NCBI GenBank assembly: GCA_016933055.1
Contig: JAFGBS010000019.1
Location: forward strand, 1-32,000
Source of the DNA: Promethearchaeota archaeon
Lineage (GTDB): Archaea > Asgardarchaeota > Lokiarchaeia > Sigyniarchaeales > Promethearchaeaceae
DNA length: 32,000 nucleotides
Direction: 5' to 3'
Shown here: positions 8,785-18,144 of the stretch, in pieces
Numbering within the stretch: position 1 is the first letter of the stretch
Layout of the letters: each line of letters starts with the position of its first letter
Position numbers and translations under genes: made by a program
The notes under the pieces: model-generated
Told to the model about the DNA's origin: nothing
Database searches by the model: none
Seen by the model: only the letters and a program-made list of their open reading frames with translations

Positions 8785-9399
8785 CTAGTTATTGTATGTT
8801 TTTATAATTGATGTGGGTGTTATAATATAATCCACTTTTTCATCTTTTGCATTGTGGGGGATTTCTTTGGAAAATACTTGAAAATCAAAAGCAAGTCCTA
8901 TAATTGGTGGATTATGGTGATGGGTTCCGAGTTTTTTTAAAAATGTATCATAATATCCCGATCCAAAACCTAGCCGATTCCCATACAAGTCAAAAGCAAC
9001 TCCTGGAACATAGATGATATCTAATTTCTTCATAACTGTGTCTTGATTCTCCCGATTCAGCGTTTTTTTGGGTTCCCTCAAAGAAAATGTTCCGATCTCC
9101 AGTTCTTCTTGAAGGTCTATTATACGAGTGAATTCAAGATCATGAGTTTCCACCATACATCGAGGAAAATATACAATTTTTCCCTCAGCGATGCATTTAG
9201 CAAATAAACTATCCGTATGAATTTCCAGAGAAGCTTTCTTTGATGCAAATAATCCTACTGTTTTAGCGGTATGGTGTAAAGGAAAGTGTAAAACATTATT
9301 TACCATTTGCGATGATAGGGTATAATATTCTTGGTCATTGTTGACAAAACGATCCAGTTTTTCATGTTTAACTAAATCCCGAAGTTCTTGTTTGTTCAT
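8785..9399 (-). CDS. 5-formyltetrahydrofolate cyclo-ligase
   Basis: Motifs: KQELR, EI.T..L, VYFPR, LREP, DIIYVPGVAFDLYGNRLGFGSGYYD, IGLAFDFQ, D..VDYIITP. Confidence 0.92.
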   Translation of the reverse strand: MNKQELRDLVKHEKLDRFVNNDQEYYTLSSQMVNNVLHFPLHHTAKTVGLFASKKASLEIHTDSLFAKCIAEGKIVYFPRCMVETHDLEFTRIIDLQEELEIGTFSLREPKKTLNRENQDTVMKKLDIIYVPGVAFDLYGNRLGFGSGYYDTFLKKLGTHHHNPPIIGLAFDFQVFSKEIPHNAKDEKVDYIITPTSIIKTYNN

Positions 9400-9461
9400 T
9401 TATCATTCCCTATATGTCGCTTATTAGCAAAATTTATTTTGTTCAATTAAAGATTGTTGTT

Positions 9462-10256
9462 ATGGAGAGGTTTTTAGATAAGATAAAAGATACGATTATA
9501 TGCTCAAATTGTGTTGAAATCTTGAAAACTCTCCCTGATAATTGCATTGATTTGACCCTAACAAGCCCTCCCTATGATAACTTGAGAGAGTATAAGGAAT
9601 TCACTTTTGATTTCATAAAAATCTCAACCGAATTGTATAGAGTTACAAAAAGAGGGGGAGTTCTTGTTTGGGTTGTTGGGGACAGCACGAAAAACGGTAG
9701 CGAAACGGGTACATCATTTAGGCAAGCTTTACATTTTAAAAAGATTGGATTCAATTTACACGATACAATGATCTATCAAAAAAGTGGATTTGCCTATCCC
9801 TCTAAAAATCGATATCATCAGATTTTTGAATATATGTTTGTATTTAGTAAAGGTCGACCTAATACATTCAATCCCATCAAAGACAAGAAAAATAAAACGC
9901 AATATACATTTAGTAAGAAAAGACGTAGAAAAAATGGTTCAATAAGTCATGATAACGACACTTCTCGCATAAAAGTCGCACCGTTTGGAATGAGAACTAA
10001 TATCTGGAAATTTAAAACTGGAAAAGGAAACTCTACTAAGGATAAGATTGCATTTGACCATCCAGCGATATTTCCTGAGAGTTTATGTGAAGATCATATT
10101 AAAACTTGGACAAATCCAGGAGATTTGGTATTGGATCCAATGACGGGAAGTGGAACCACAATCAAGGTCGCTAAACAGCTGAAAAGGCATTTTATTGGGA
10201 TCGATATATCTGAGGACTATTGTCATATTGCGCGAGAACGCGTGAAGTTGATTTAG
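9462..10256 (+). CDS. Orphan beta-class amino DNA methyltransferase (N4-C or N6-A)
   Basis: Motif IV TSPPY precedes motif I DPMTGSGTT (beta order); HPAIFPE and GIDISEDY are also present. The ATG at 9462 is preferred over 9414 because homologs begin about here and it leaves room for divergent promoters. Confidence 0.88.
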   Translation: MERFLDKIKDTIICSNCVEILKTLPDNCIDLTLTSPPYDNLREYKEFTFDFIKISTELYRVTKRGGVLVWVVGDSTKNGSETGTSFRQALHFKKIGFNLHDTMIYQKSGFAYPSKNRYHQIFEYMFVFSKGRPNTFNPIKDKKNKTQYTFSKKRRRKNGSISHDNDTSRIKVAPFGMRTNIWKFKTGKGNSTKDKIAFDHPAIFPESLCEDHIKTWTNPGDLVLDPMTGSGTTIKVAKQLKRHFIGIDISEDYCHIARERVKLI

Positions 10257-10344
10257 AATCACATTCATTTTTTAGGATGAATTTCATTCAGATCCTTATA
10301 TAGCCACTGAGTTCTCTTAATGCACTACTAATTAGGGATTCCAC

Positions 10345-13191
10345 ATGCCAGCAAAAGACAATCTCTCCCATGAAATTTTGGATTACATTCCTGCCTATAT
10401 CATGTTACATGATCGGGATAACAGAGTTTCTTGGATAAATAAATACGCTTTAAAAAAAATCGGCTTACGGAAAAATCAAGTGATCAATAAGGAAATTATT
10501 TCAATTTTTAGTCCAAAGCAAGGAGAAATTTTCATTGCTCAAAATAAACAGGTGTTTGAAACCGGGATTCCTTTTGAAAAAAACACGGAATCCATCACTT
10601 TACCAAAATTAGGACAAAGATGGTTTCACACGCAAAAGATCCCCTATTATAATGAAGATGGGATTTTCAGTGAGATCTTAGTATATATGATCGATATTAC
10701 CGATAACATTAATGATATTATTGCGAAAGTCAATAGTGAGGCTAAATATCAAAAATTATTTATGTTTTCTCCTACTCCCATCATAATTTCAGATTTAGAT
10801 GGAAAAATCATTGATATAAATGAAAAAACCAGCGAACTTCTCAGAAAATTCGATATTGAAGAAGAAGATTTCCTCTACAAACACTACTATGATCTTAGTT
10901 TTTTCCAAAAGACACAGATCATAGATTTTGATTCTATTATTCAAAGCGTTCTGTCGTTAAAGATATCTAAACCTATTATAGTCGAACTCGTCCTTAAATC
11001 CGAAAAATTAGTACTCGAAATATTTCCCTCGATACTTCAACAAAATAACGAACCCTATGCAATTCAAATTATAATGCAAGATATCACGGAACGAAAAAAA
11101 ACAGAAACACTATTATTAGAGAGTGAAAGTAAATATCGTTCCTTATTTCAAGATAGTCCAATTTCCTTGTGGAATGGGGAGATCGATAGAGTTATTGATT
11201 ATTTGGATAGCTTGAAACAAAAAAAGGTGAATTTTGAAACTTATTTCGATGAACTGAAAGAAATTGCTAAAGTGATAACAAAAGTTGACATTAAATCTGT
11301 GAATCACGCTACCTTAAACCTTTTCAAAGCAAAATCCCAAGAAGAGCTGATTAAGAATTTTCTAAAGACCTTTCCAAAGGAATCCCTTGCTAACATTAAA
11401 CAAGGGTTAATTGCATTTGTAAAAGGAAATTTATCGCACGAAACTGAATTGCTTGCTAAGACCCTAAATAACGAATTACTTATCCTTGACGTGAAATGGT
11501 CAATTGTTTTGGGAGACGAAAAAAAAACCTCAAATATTTTAATTTCTATGCGGGATATAACCGAACAGAAAAATTTTGAACAAATTCTCCAAATGCAACG
11601 AGATTTTGGCATAGCGTTAAGTAATATTCATGAACCAGATTCGATAATTGAACTCTGTGTAAATACCGCTATTACCGTTTCGGGTATGGAATTTGGGGCT
11701 ATGTATATATATGATCCTAATTCCGACAATCTAATTTTAAAACATCATATCAGTATCGATGATAGTATAATAGATTTTTTAATAGATGGTCTAAAAATCC
11801 CTGCTTATTTTTCCCAAATTAAAAATGGGGAGAATGTATACTGTTCCTACGATGAATTAAAACAAAATCCCGTTTGGACAACGAATTTAAAATCTCTAAT
11901 AATATTACCCGTTAAATATCATGATTACATCGATGGATGCTTCGTGTTTGGATCAATAAAAAAAGAAATTATTCCCGAGGCAGCCCGAAACATTCTTCAA
12001 AGTCTTATTTCCCAAATCGGGAGTGTGTTATCACGCATCCGTATGGAAAAAGATCTGATTGAGAGACAAAGACGGGACTCACTTATCACTCTCGCAAAAG
12101 GAATTGCTCATGATTTTAATAATATACTCACAGCAGCGGTGGGGAGTATTTCCTTAGCAGAATTATCAATAGAGGATCCTATAGAATTACAAAGTCAATT
12201 AAACGAAGCGAAACGCGCGATGATCCGTTCGAGAGAACTTACCAAAAAATTATTGATGTATGGGAATCCACGACAACCTACCATTACACCTCTTCAAAAT
12301 CTATCCATTACCAATTTAATAAAAGATACAACAAAATTTGCTCTGAGGGGATCATCCGTAAATTGTAAACTTTCTCTTCCAAAGGATCTTTGGATGGTGG
12401 TAGGGGATCAAGTGCTATTAGAGCAAGTATTAAACAATATCTTTATCAATGCGGTCCAATCTATGCCATCGGGTGGAAAAATAGAGATATCTGCCGAAAA
12501 TATAGTATTAGATAAACCCCGTTTGCCTTTACAACATGGGCAATATGTTAAAATATCTATTAAGGATGAAGGGATCGGGGTACCAGAGAAATATTTGGGC
12601 AAGATTTTCGATCCCTATTTTACTACAAAAAAGGAAGGTTCAGGAATGGGTTTGGCTATTGCCAATGAGATTATTCGGCAACATGGGGGTACTATTGATG
12701 TAGAATCAACCGTTGGTGTAGGATCAGTTTTTTATGTATACTTACCTGCAGCAATAGAAAAAAGTACTACTTTATCTAAAGAAATCCAATCTGTCTCTAA
12801 CACATTAAAAAAGGGCGCAGGAAGAATTTTGATTATGGATGATGACGGTACCATATTAAGGGTTGCATCCAAGATGTTAGAAAAATTAGGGTATGAGGTG
12901 AATACTGCAAAAAATGGAGAAGAAGCTCTTATTTTGTATAAAGAGGCACTTAAACAGAACGAGAAATATAAAGCAGTAATCATGGATCTAACCATTCCGG
13001 GGGGATTAGGTGGGAAGGAAACTATTCAGGAATTATTGAAAATTGATCCAGAGGTTATTGGCATCGTTTCTTCGGGGTATTCTACAGATTCAGTTCTAGC
13101 TGAATTCAAAAAATATGGATTTGCTGGAATGATTGCAAAACCTTATCGACTCGAAGAAATAAATCAAGTACTTTCAAATTTAAAAATATAA
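10345..13191 (+). CDS. Cytoplasmic hybrid sensor histidine kinase (3 PAS, GAF, HisKA, HATPase, receiver)
   Basis: PAS C-termini (DITD, QDITERK, RDITEQK), H-box GIAHDFNN, N-box EQVLNNIFINAVQSM, G boxes DEGIG / FDPYFTTK / GSGMGL, receiver ILIMDDD..IMDLTIPGG..IAKP. No TM segments evident. Confidence 0.93.
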   Translation: MPAKDNLSHEILDYIPAYIMLHDRDNRVSWINKYALKKIGLRKNQVINKEIISIFSPKQGEIFIAQNKQVFETGIPFEKNTESITLPKLGQRWFHTQKIPYYNEDGIFSEILVYMIDITDNINDIIAKVNSEAKYQKLFMFSPTPIIISDLDGKIIDINEKTSELLRKFDIEEEDFLYKHYYDLSFFQKTQIIDFDSIIQSVLSLKISKPIIVELVLKSEKLVLEIFPSILQQNNEPYAIQIIMQDITERKKTETLLLESESKYRSLFQDSPISLWNGEIDRVIDYLDSLKQKKVNFETYFDELKEIAKVITKVDIKSVNHATLNLFKAKSQEELIKNFLKTFPKESLANIKQGLIAFVKGNLSHETELLAKTLNNELLILDVKWSIVLGDEKKTSNILISMRDITEQKNFEQILQMQRDFGIALSNIHEPDSIIELCVNTAITVSGMEFGAMYIYDPNSDNLILKHHISIDDSIIDFLIDGLKIPAYFSQIKNGENVYCSYDELKQNPVWTTNLKSLIILPVKYHDYIDGCFVFGSIKKEIIPEAARNILQSLISQIGSVLSRIRMEKDLIERQRRDSLITLAKGIAHDFNNILTAAVGSISLAELSIEDPIELQSQLNEAKRAMIRSRELTKKLLMYGNPRQPTITPLQNLSITNLIKDTTKFALRGSSVNCKLSLPKDLWMVVGDQVLLEQVLNNIFINAVQSMPSGGKIEISAENIVLDKPRLPLQHGQYVKISIKDEGIGVPEKYLGKIFDPYFTTKKEGSGMGLAIANEIIRQHGGTIDVESTVGVGSVFYVYLPAAIEKSTTLSKEIQSVSNTLKKGAGRILIMDDDGTILRVASKMLEKLGYEVNTAKNGEEALILYKEALKQNEKYKAVIMDLTIPGGLGGKETIQELLKIDPEVIGIVSSGYSTDSVLAEFKKYGFAGMIAKPYRLEEINQVLSNLKI

Positions 13192-13218
13192 ATCCCCCAC
13201 ATCGATTCACGGAAGAGA

Positions 13219-13241
13219 AATTTATTTTTTGGAAATAAATT
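13219..13241. promoter_or_regulatory. Perfect 9-bp inverted repeat between the two kinases (possible operator or terminator hairpin)
   Basis: AATTTATTT-tttgg-AAATAAATT. It is AT-rich, so a chance occurrence is possible. Confidence 0.3.
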
Positions 13242-13311
13242 ATTAAGTCGGTTGGAAAATCTCCCAATCAATAGAATTATCGGTTGTACATAAGATCGAG
13301 GTAGAGGAATT

Positions 13312-16300
13312 ATGCAAAAATCTCCCTTATTTTATCTTAATAAAGTCCCATTATTGATCATTACGATAGATAATAAACTAGATATTACCTGGATTAACCA
13401 ATTTTTTAGTGATACCTATAATTTTAATAGTAACCATGCTATCGGCAAATCTATTGATTCATTCTTAGAGATAAAAAACAATAACACCTCTGTATTATTT
13501 AATTCCATCCATAATTCCTCACACATATATAAAGTGGATATAAGAGAGAAAGAAACTTTAGGTTGGTTCAGAATTCATCGAATTCCAATGAAATTGGATG
13601 AATTCCATGAACTTGTTCTCTTTATGGATATATCAGAATATATCAATGATATTCGTGAACGAGTGAATTCTGAATTAAATTACCACACTATTTTTCAAAA
13701 TGCTCCATATAGTAATGTTTTACTCACCTTGGATGGCATTGTGATTGATTGTAATCAAAAAACTTGTGACATTTTTGAGCTGTCTGCAGATGACATTATT
13801 GGTAAATCCTATGCTTCTCTTATCGAAATCTCATCAGAACAATACGATAATTATGAGAAAATTGCAGAAAATATTCGTAATGGGGCTGAAGCTACTCCTT
13901 TTCCCACAGAAATAACAACAAATAAAGGGACTCACAAATTCCTTGAAATCTTTCCCTCGTTAATTCGTAGAAATAACCAACCCTATTCTATGCATCTTAT
14001 GATTCAAGACTTAACTGAGGAGAAGTTAACTCAACAAAAATACAGTGAAAGTGTTACAGTTTTTGCTGCATTTATGGAAAATTTTAGTGGAATTGCATTC
14101 ATTAAATCGCCTGAGGGAAAATACATCTATCTTAATAAAACTCTGCTGAAGTTAATTGATCGATCATATGAAGACTGTATAGATAAGACAGATTTTGATT
14201 TATTTCCTCTTGATGATGCAAAACAATTCCGAAAAAATGATTTGCAGGTTTTGAATACTTTAAGTGCAACTCAATTAATCGAAATTACCAGCGTCAAAGA
14301 AGAAAATCGACATTGGCTTGTAAACAAATTTCCTATCGTAAAAGAAAGTGAATATCCTTGGGCTGTAGCAGGGATGGGAGTAGATATATCTGATCAAAAA
14401 GCAAACGAGCATATTTTAAAAATCCAGAGAGATTTTGGTATCGCGCTTAATGAGGTTGTTGAAATTGATGATCTTTTTAACTTATGCATAGATAGTGCAT
14501 TTGAGATCCCAGAGATTGATATGATTGGTATCTATCTCATAAATAAAAAATCTCAGAATTTTGAATTGAAATATCATAAAGGTCTCAAATACTATATATC
14601 AAAAAAAGATCCGATCAATCAGCTCCAAATAAAAGATACTATACTTCTTGATAAACGGCAACCCCTCTATCGAGATTATTGCGATATAGAAAAGAATAAT
14701 TCTAAAATAATTCAAGAAGAACAAATACGATCTTATGCTATAATACCTATACTTATTGGAAATGAAGTTATCGGCGTATTTAACGTAGCTTCTCTATCTA
14801 GTGAAAGCATCTCTAAAGTTGTTCGAAGCTATCTGGAATTGATATCATCGCAACTTGGAACTACTTTATCAAAGATCGAAGCCTACGAAAAAATTAAGCT
14901 TAATGAGAGACGCCTCGAGGCTTTATTAAAATTAAATCAGATGAGCTACGAGTCTGAGGATGAAATCTACAACTTTGCTTTACAAGAAGGTGTGAAACTT
15001 ACCAAGAGTACTCATGGATTTATTGCTCACGTTTCTCAAGAAGAAGAGATAACCAATTTGCGAATTTGGTCAATTCATTCACAAAACACTCCTCCCATTC
15101 ATGAAGTTTCCGAAAAATCTTCAGAATTTATCAATATACATGTATGGGAAGATATAGTGGCAACAAAAAAACCTATTATCGTGAATAACGCTAATGATGT
15201 GGTTCTCGAACAAAGACTGTTTCCTTCCAGCGACCGAAAAATCTTCCGCTATCTTGCAACACCTATTGTAGTTCAAAATAAGATTATTATTGTCGCGGGA
15301 TTGTGGAATAAAGAGGAAATTTACGACGATTCTGATGCCTATCAATTAACCCTTCTCCTTGAAGCGGTAGTTACCTTAATTCAAAAGAAGCAAGATGAGG
15401 TACAACGTGAGAAATACCGACGAGAATTGGAAAAAATCGTTGACGAAATCAGTCTTAATGAATACAGATTAGAAACCTTATTAAAATTAAACCAGATGAC
15501 AGAGGAAACGCAAGATGACATCTACGATTTTGCTCTCATGGAAGGAGTTAAACTAACCAGAAGTGCCAATGGGTTAATCTCTTTCTTGAATTCCGAGGGA
15601 AAAATGAAATTTATGAGAGTTTGGTCACCAGATTTTGGGGGACCACCTAAAATTTTCGAAATTTCTAAGGAATCCCAAGATCTTGATAAAGGGGTTTGGG
15701 TGGAAGCCATCCATAAAAAAGTACCAGTAGTTGTGAACGATGCAAAAACTTCAGAGATTGCCCAACGCTTACTTCATACCAATCACTCGATTCATCGGTA
15801 TATGTTAATTCCTGTGATCATCAGAGATCAGATGTTTGCTGTAGCAGCATTAAGCAATAAGGAAGAGGAATATACCGAGTCAGATGTCAAACAAATTCTT
15901 CTACTGATTGACGGGGTTACTACACTGATTCAAAAAAAACAAGACGAGCAACAGCGCGAGATTTATCGGCGCGAATTGGAAAAGTCTGAAAAAATCAATG
16001 CTCTCGGGATTCTCGCAGGGGGAATCGCCCATGACTTTAATAATATTCTCACTGCCATTCTGGGGAATATATCCTTAGCAGAAATATCTGATGATATCAA
16101 TGAAACCAAAGCAAGATTAATTGAAGCAAAAAAAGCTATTCTTCGTTCTAAAGAGCTTACCCAACAGTTGTTAACATTTGCCAAAGGTGGAACTCCGATA
16201 AAGGTTTTGGCTTCAATCAGTACCCTCCTCCGCGAAACGACCGACTTTGCATTACGTGGTTCCAATGTTAAAGCCGTATATGATATTTCCCAAGAACTAT

Positions 16301-17112
16301 GGTCTGCTGAAATCGATGTAGGTCAAATTAGCCAAGTCATTCATAATCTAATTTTGAATGCAATTCAAGCGATGCCGAATGGCGGTACTTTACAAATCCA
16401 CGCTAGTAATAAAGTGATTCTTGATGATTCAAAGTTGCCCTTGTTTCGTGGTAATTATATTGTGTTTAAAATTCACGATGAAGGGATTGGAATTCCAGAG
16501 AAATATTTAAGTCAGATTTTCGATCCCTATTTCACCACTAAGGAGAAAGGCAGTGGTTTAGGATTAGCAACTAGTTATGCAATAATTACCAAGCATGGGG
16601 GTCATATTACAGTCAAATCTGTCGTAGGAGTTGGTAGTACATTCAGTGTATTCATTCCCGCGATTTCTAAAATATTACTCAAAGAAGTTGGAACCATGGC
16701 GGATAATTTGGTTTATGGAACCGGTAATATCCTACTGATGGATGATGAAGAAATAATACGGAAAGTAGCTAAACGTATGATGGAAAAATTAGGGTATACT
16801 GTTACCACGACCATAGATGGAAATGAAACAGTGGATGCATATAGAACAGCTTTGAAATCGGGAAATCTTTATGATTTAGTTGTGTTAGACTTGACTATTC
16901 CAGGAGGAATGGGTGGAAGAGAAACTATTAAACAACTCAAAAAACTTAACCCTAACGTAAAAGCGGTAGTATCATCGGGATATAGCGTGGACCCAGTAAT
17001 GTCAGAATTCAGAAAATACGGATTTCAAGGAATTATCGCTAAGCCTTACAAAATTGAAGATTTTAGCAAAGTGCTCGATTCGGTAATGAATAGCATCAAT
17101 AGAATAGAATAA
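13312..17112 (+). CDS. Cytoplasmic hybrid sensor histidine kinase (3 PAS, 3 GAF, HisKA, HATPase, receiver); paralog of 10345-13191
   Basis: H-box LAGGIAHDFNNILTAILGN, SQVIHNLILNAIQAM, DEGIG, FDPYFTTKEKGSGLGL, receiver ILLMDDE..VLDLTIPGGMGG..IIAKP. An upstream GAGG sequence is present. Confidence 0.94.
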   Translation: MQKSPLFYLNKVPLLIITIDNKLDITWINQFFSDTYNFNSNHAIGKSIDSFLEIKNNNTSVLFNSIHNSSHIYKVDIREKETLGWFRIHRIPMKLDEFHELVLFMDISEYINDIRERVNSELNYHTIFQNAPYSNVLLTLDGIVIDCNQKTCDIFELSADDIIGKSYASLIEISSEQYDNYEKIAENIRNGAEATPFPTEITTNKGTHKFLEIFPSLIRRNNQPYSMHLMIQDLTEEKLTQQKYSESVTVFAAFMENFSGIAFIKSPEGKYIYLNKTLLKLIDRSYEDCIDKTDFDLFPLDDAKQFRKNDLQVLNTLSATQLIEITSVKEENRHWLVNKFPIVKESEYPWAVAGMGVDISDQKANEHILKIQRDFGIALNEVVEIDDLFNLCIDSAFEIPEIDMIGIYLINKKSQNFELKYHKGLKYYISKKDPINQLQIKDTILLDKRQPLYRDYCDIEKNNSKIIQEEQIRSYAIIPILIGNEVIGVFNVASLSSESISKVVRSYLELISSQLGTTLSKIEAYEKIKLNERRLEALLKLNQMSYESEDEIYNFALQEGVKLTKSTHGFIAHVSQEEEITNLRIWSIHSQNTPPIHEVSEKSSEFINIHVWEDIVATKKPIIVNNANDVVLEQRLFPSSDRKIFRYLATPIVVQNKIIIVAGLWNKEEIYDDSDAYQLTLLLEAVVTLIQKKQDEVQREKYRRELEKIVDEISLNEYRLETLLKLNQMTEETQDDIYDFALMEGVKLTRSANGLISFLNSEGKMKFMRVWSPDFGGPPKIFEISKESQDLDKGVWVEAIHKKVPVVVNDAKTSEIAQRLLHTNHSIHRYMLIPVIIRDQMFAVAALSNKEEEYTESDVKQILLLIDGVTTLIQKKQDEQQREIYRRELEKSEKINALGILAGGIAHDFNNILTAILGNISLAEISDDINETKARLIEAKKAILRSKELTQQLLTFAKGGTPIKVLASISTLLRETTDFALRGSNVKAVYDISQELWSAEIDVGQISQVIHNLILNAIQAMPNGGTLQIHASNKVILDDSKLPLFRGNYIVFKIHDEGIGIPEKYLSQIFDPYFTTKEKGSGLGLATSYAIITKHGGHITVKSVVGVGSTFSVFIPAISKILLKEVGTMADNLVYGTGNILLMDDEEIIRKVAKRMMEKLGYTVTTTIDGNETVDAYRTALKSGNLYDLVVLDLTIPGGMGGRETIKQLKKLNPNVKAVVSSGYSVDPVMSEFRKYGFQGIIAKPYKIEDFSKVLDSVMNSINRIE
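14896..15984 (+). repeat. Intragenic tandem duplication of a GAF module (about 14896-15435 and 15451-15984, period about 555 bp)
   Basis: LNERRLEALLKLNQM..IYNFALQEGVKLT versus LNEYRLETLLKLNQM..IYDFALMEGVKLT; TLIQKKQDEVQREKYRRELEK versus TLIQKKQDEQQREIYRRELEK. Confidence 0.9.
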
Positions 17113-17227
17113 AAAATTGTTTTGGGGGAAATAAAAGAACAGAGACAGTTATCTTGGAGAAACAACAAAATTTATTTGGAATTTTGGATAGCTCTATTTA
17201 CTTGGTGGAAAGGATCATAAAATTCAC

Positions 17228-17299
17228 GCACCGATAGTCTAGTGGTTAGGATCGAAGCCTGCCACGTTTCGGAGCCGGGTTCGAATCCCGGTCGGTGCA
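17228..17299 (+). tRNA. tRNA-Gly(GCC), no intron
   Basis: GCACCGA-TA-GTCTAGTGGTTAGGAT-C-GAAGC-CTGCCAC-GTTTC-GGAG-CCGGG-TTCGAAT-CCCGG-TCGGTGC-A. Anticodon at 17261-17263. Confidence 0.95.
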
Positions 17300-17305
17300 T
17301 ACTCC

Positions 17306-17318
17306 TTCTTTTTCTTCT
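17306..17318 (+). terminator. Pyrimidine/oligo-T tract after tRNA-Gly
   Basis: TTCTTTTTCTTCT directly follows the tRNA, consistent with an archaeal oligo-U terminator. Confidence 0.4.
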
Positions 17319-17338
17319 ATAGGAAATAAGAGGTTCGC

Positions 17339-18112
17339 TTATTCTTTTGTTCTTAAGAACCGGGGGATATGGAAACCGCATTCGGGGCAGAATGCAGACC
17401 CTTCCGCAATATCTTTTTTACACTCAGGACATGATATTAATGATTCTACTTTTTTTGTCACTATTGATTGTGGCACACTAATTGATGGTGATATGTGGTT
17501 GAGGGATTCAGTGGATAATGATTCTGTAGTTGGTGCAGTTTTTTTCGTTCTTAAATGAACTGATCGAACTGAAATCCCTATTATACCGATGATCCACACG
17601 GTTCCTATTATAAGGAGTAATGGCAGTCCCATAATTATGGTAAATCTACCCATTGGAATTTCAAATACTACTTGAGGGATTTGGGTAGTGGCATTAATGT
17701 AATATAGTGTAAATTGATACTGGTATGAGTTGGGAACTACCATCCATTTTATTGGGACCATGATCTCTATTTGGGAATTATCATTCGAGATAATTAACAC
17801 ACTGGAATTAACTGGTAGAATTTTATCCGCATTATTTCCTAAACCCAATAAAGAATAACTCATGTTAATAGGAATGTTAGTTGAAATATTGAGAAGGAAG
17901 CGTGATCGAAACCAACCAAAAGATTGATTTTCCAAAATCTGCACCTCTATGAAACTAGGTTCTTGAAGATCAGAAGCATTATTAGGTTTTGATTCAACCT
18001 CAACCTCTTGACTAATCGGGACAATACTAATCAAAATTAAGACGAACAAGCATACGTCTATAAAAGTGCGCCGTTTGGAATTCGTAAAATCCTCTCCACT
18101 ATTTATTAACAT
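17339..18112 (-). CDS. Membrane protein with an extracellular domain and a C-terminal zinc ribbon
   Basis: N-terminal hydrophobic segment (FIDVCLFVLILISIVPIS), a second TM (IIMGLPLLLIIGTVWIIGIIGISV), an S/T/P-rich linker, then CPECKKDIAEGSAFCPECG. Confidence 0.75.
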   Translation of the reverse strand: MLINSGEDFTNSKRRTFIDVCLFVLILISIVPISQEVEVESKPNNASDLQEPSFIEVQILENQSFGWFRSRFLLNISTNIPINMSYSLLGLGNNADKILPVNSSVLIISNDNSQIEIMVPIKWMVVPNSYQYQFTLYYINATTQIPQVVFEIPMGRFTIIMGLPLLLIIGTVWIIGIIGISVRSVHLRTKKTAPTTESLSTESLNHISPSISVPQSIVTKKVESLISCPECKKDIAEGSAFCPECGFHIPRFLRTKE

Positions 18113-18144
18113 AAATAACGAATATATTACTTAAATAAAATTGC

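Noticed and set aside
5816-17299. Genomic island or provirus bounded by the two tRNAs
   Set aside because: No integrase, no duplicated tRNA 3' end (att site) seen, and the interior has housekeeping-type genes.
17172-17558. ORFs 17172-17381 and 17295-17558
   Set aside because: They overlap tRNA-Gly and the zinc-ribbon membrane gene.
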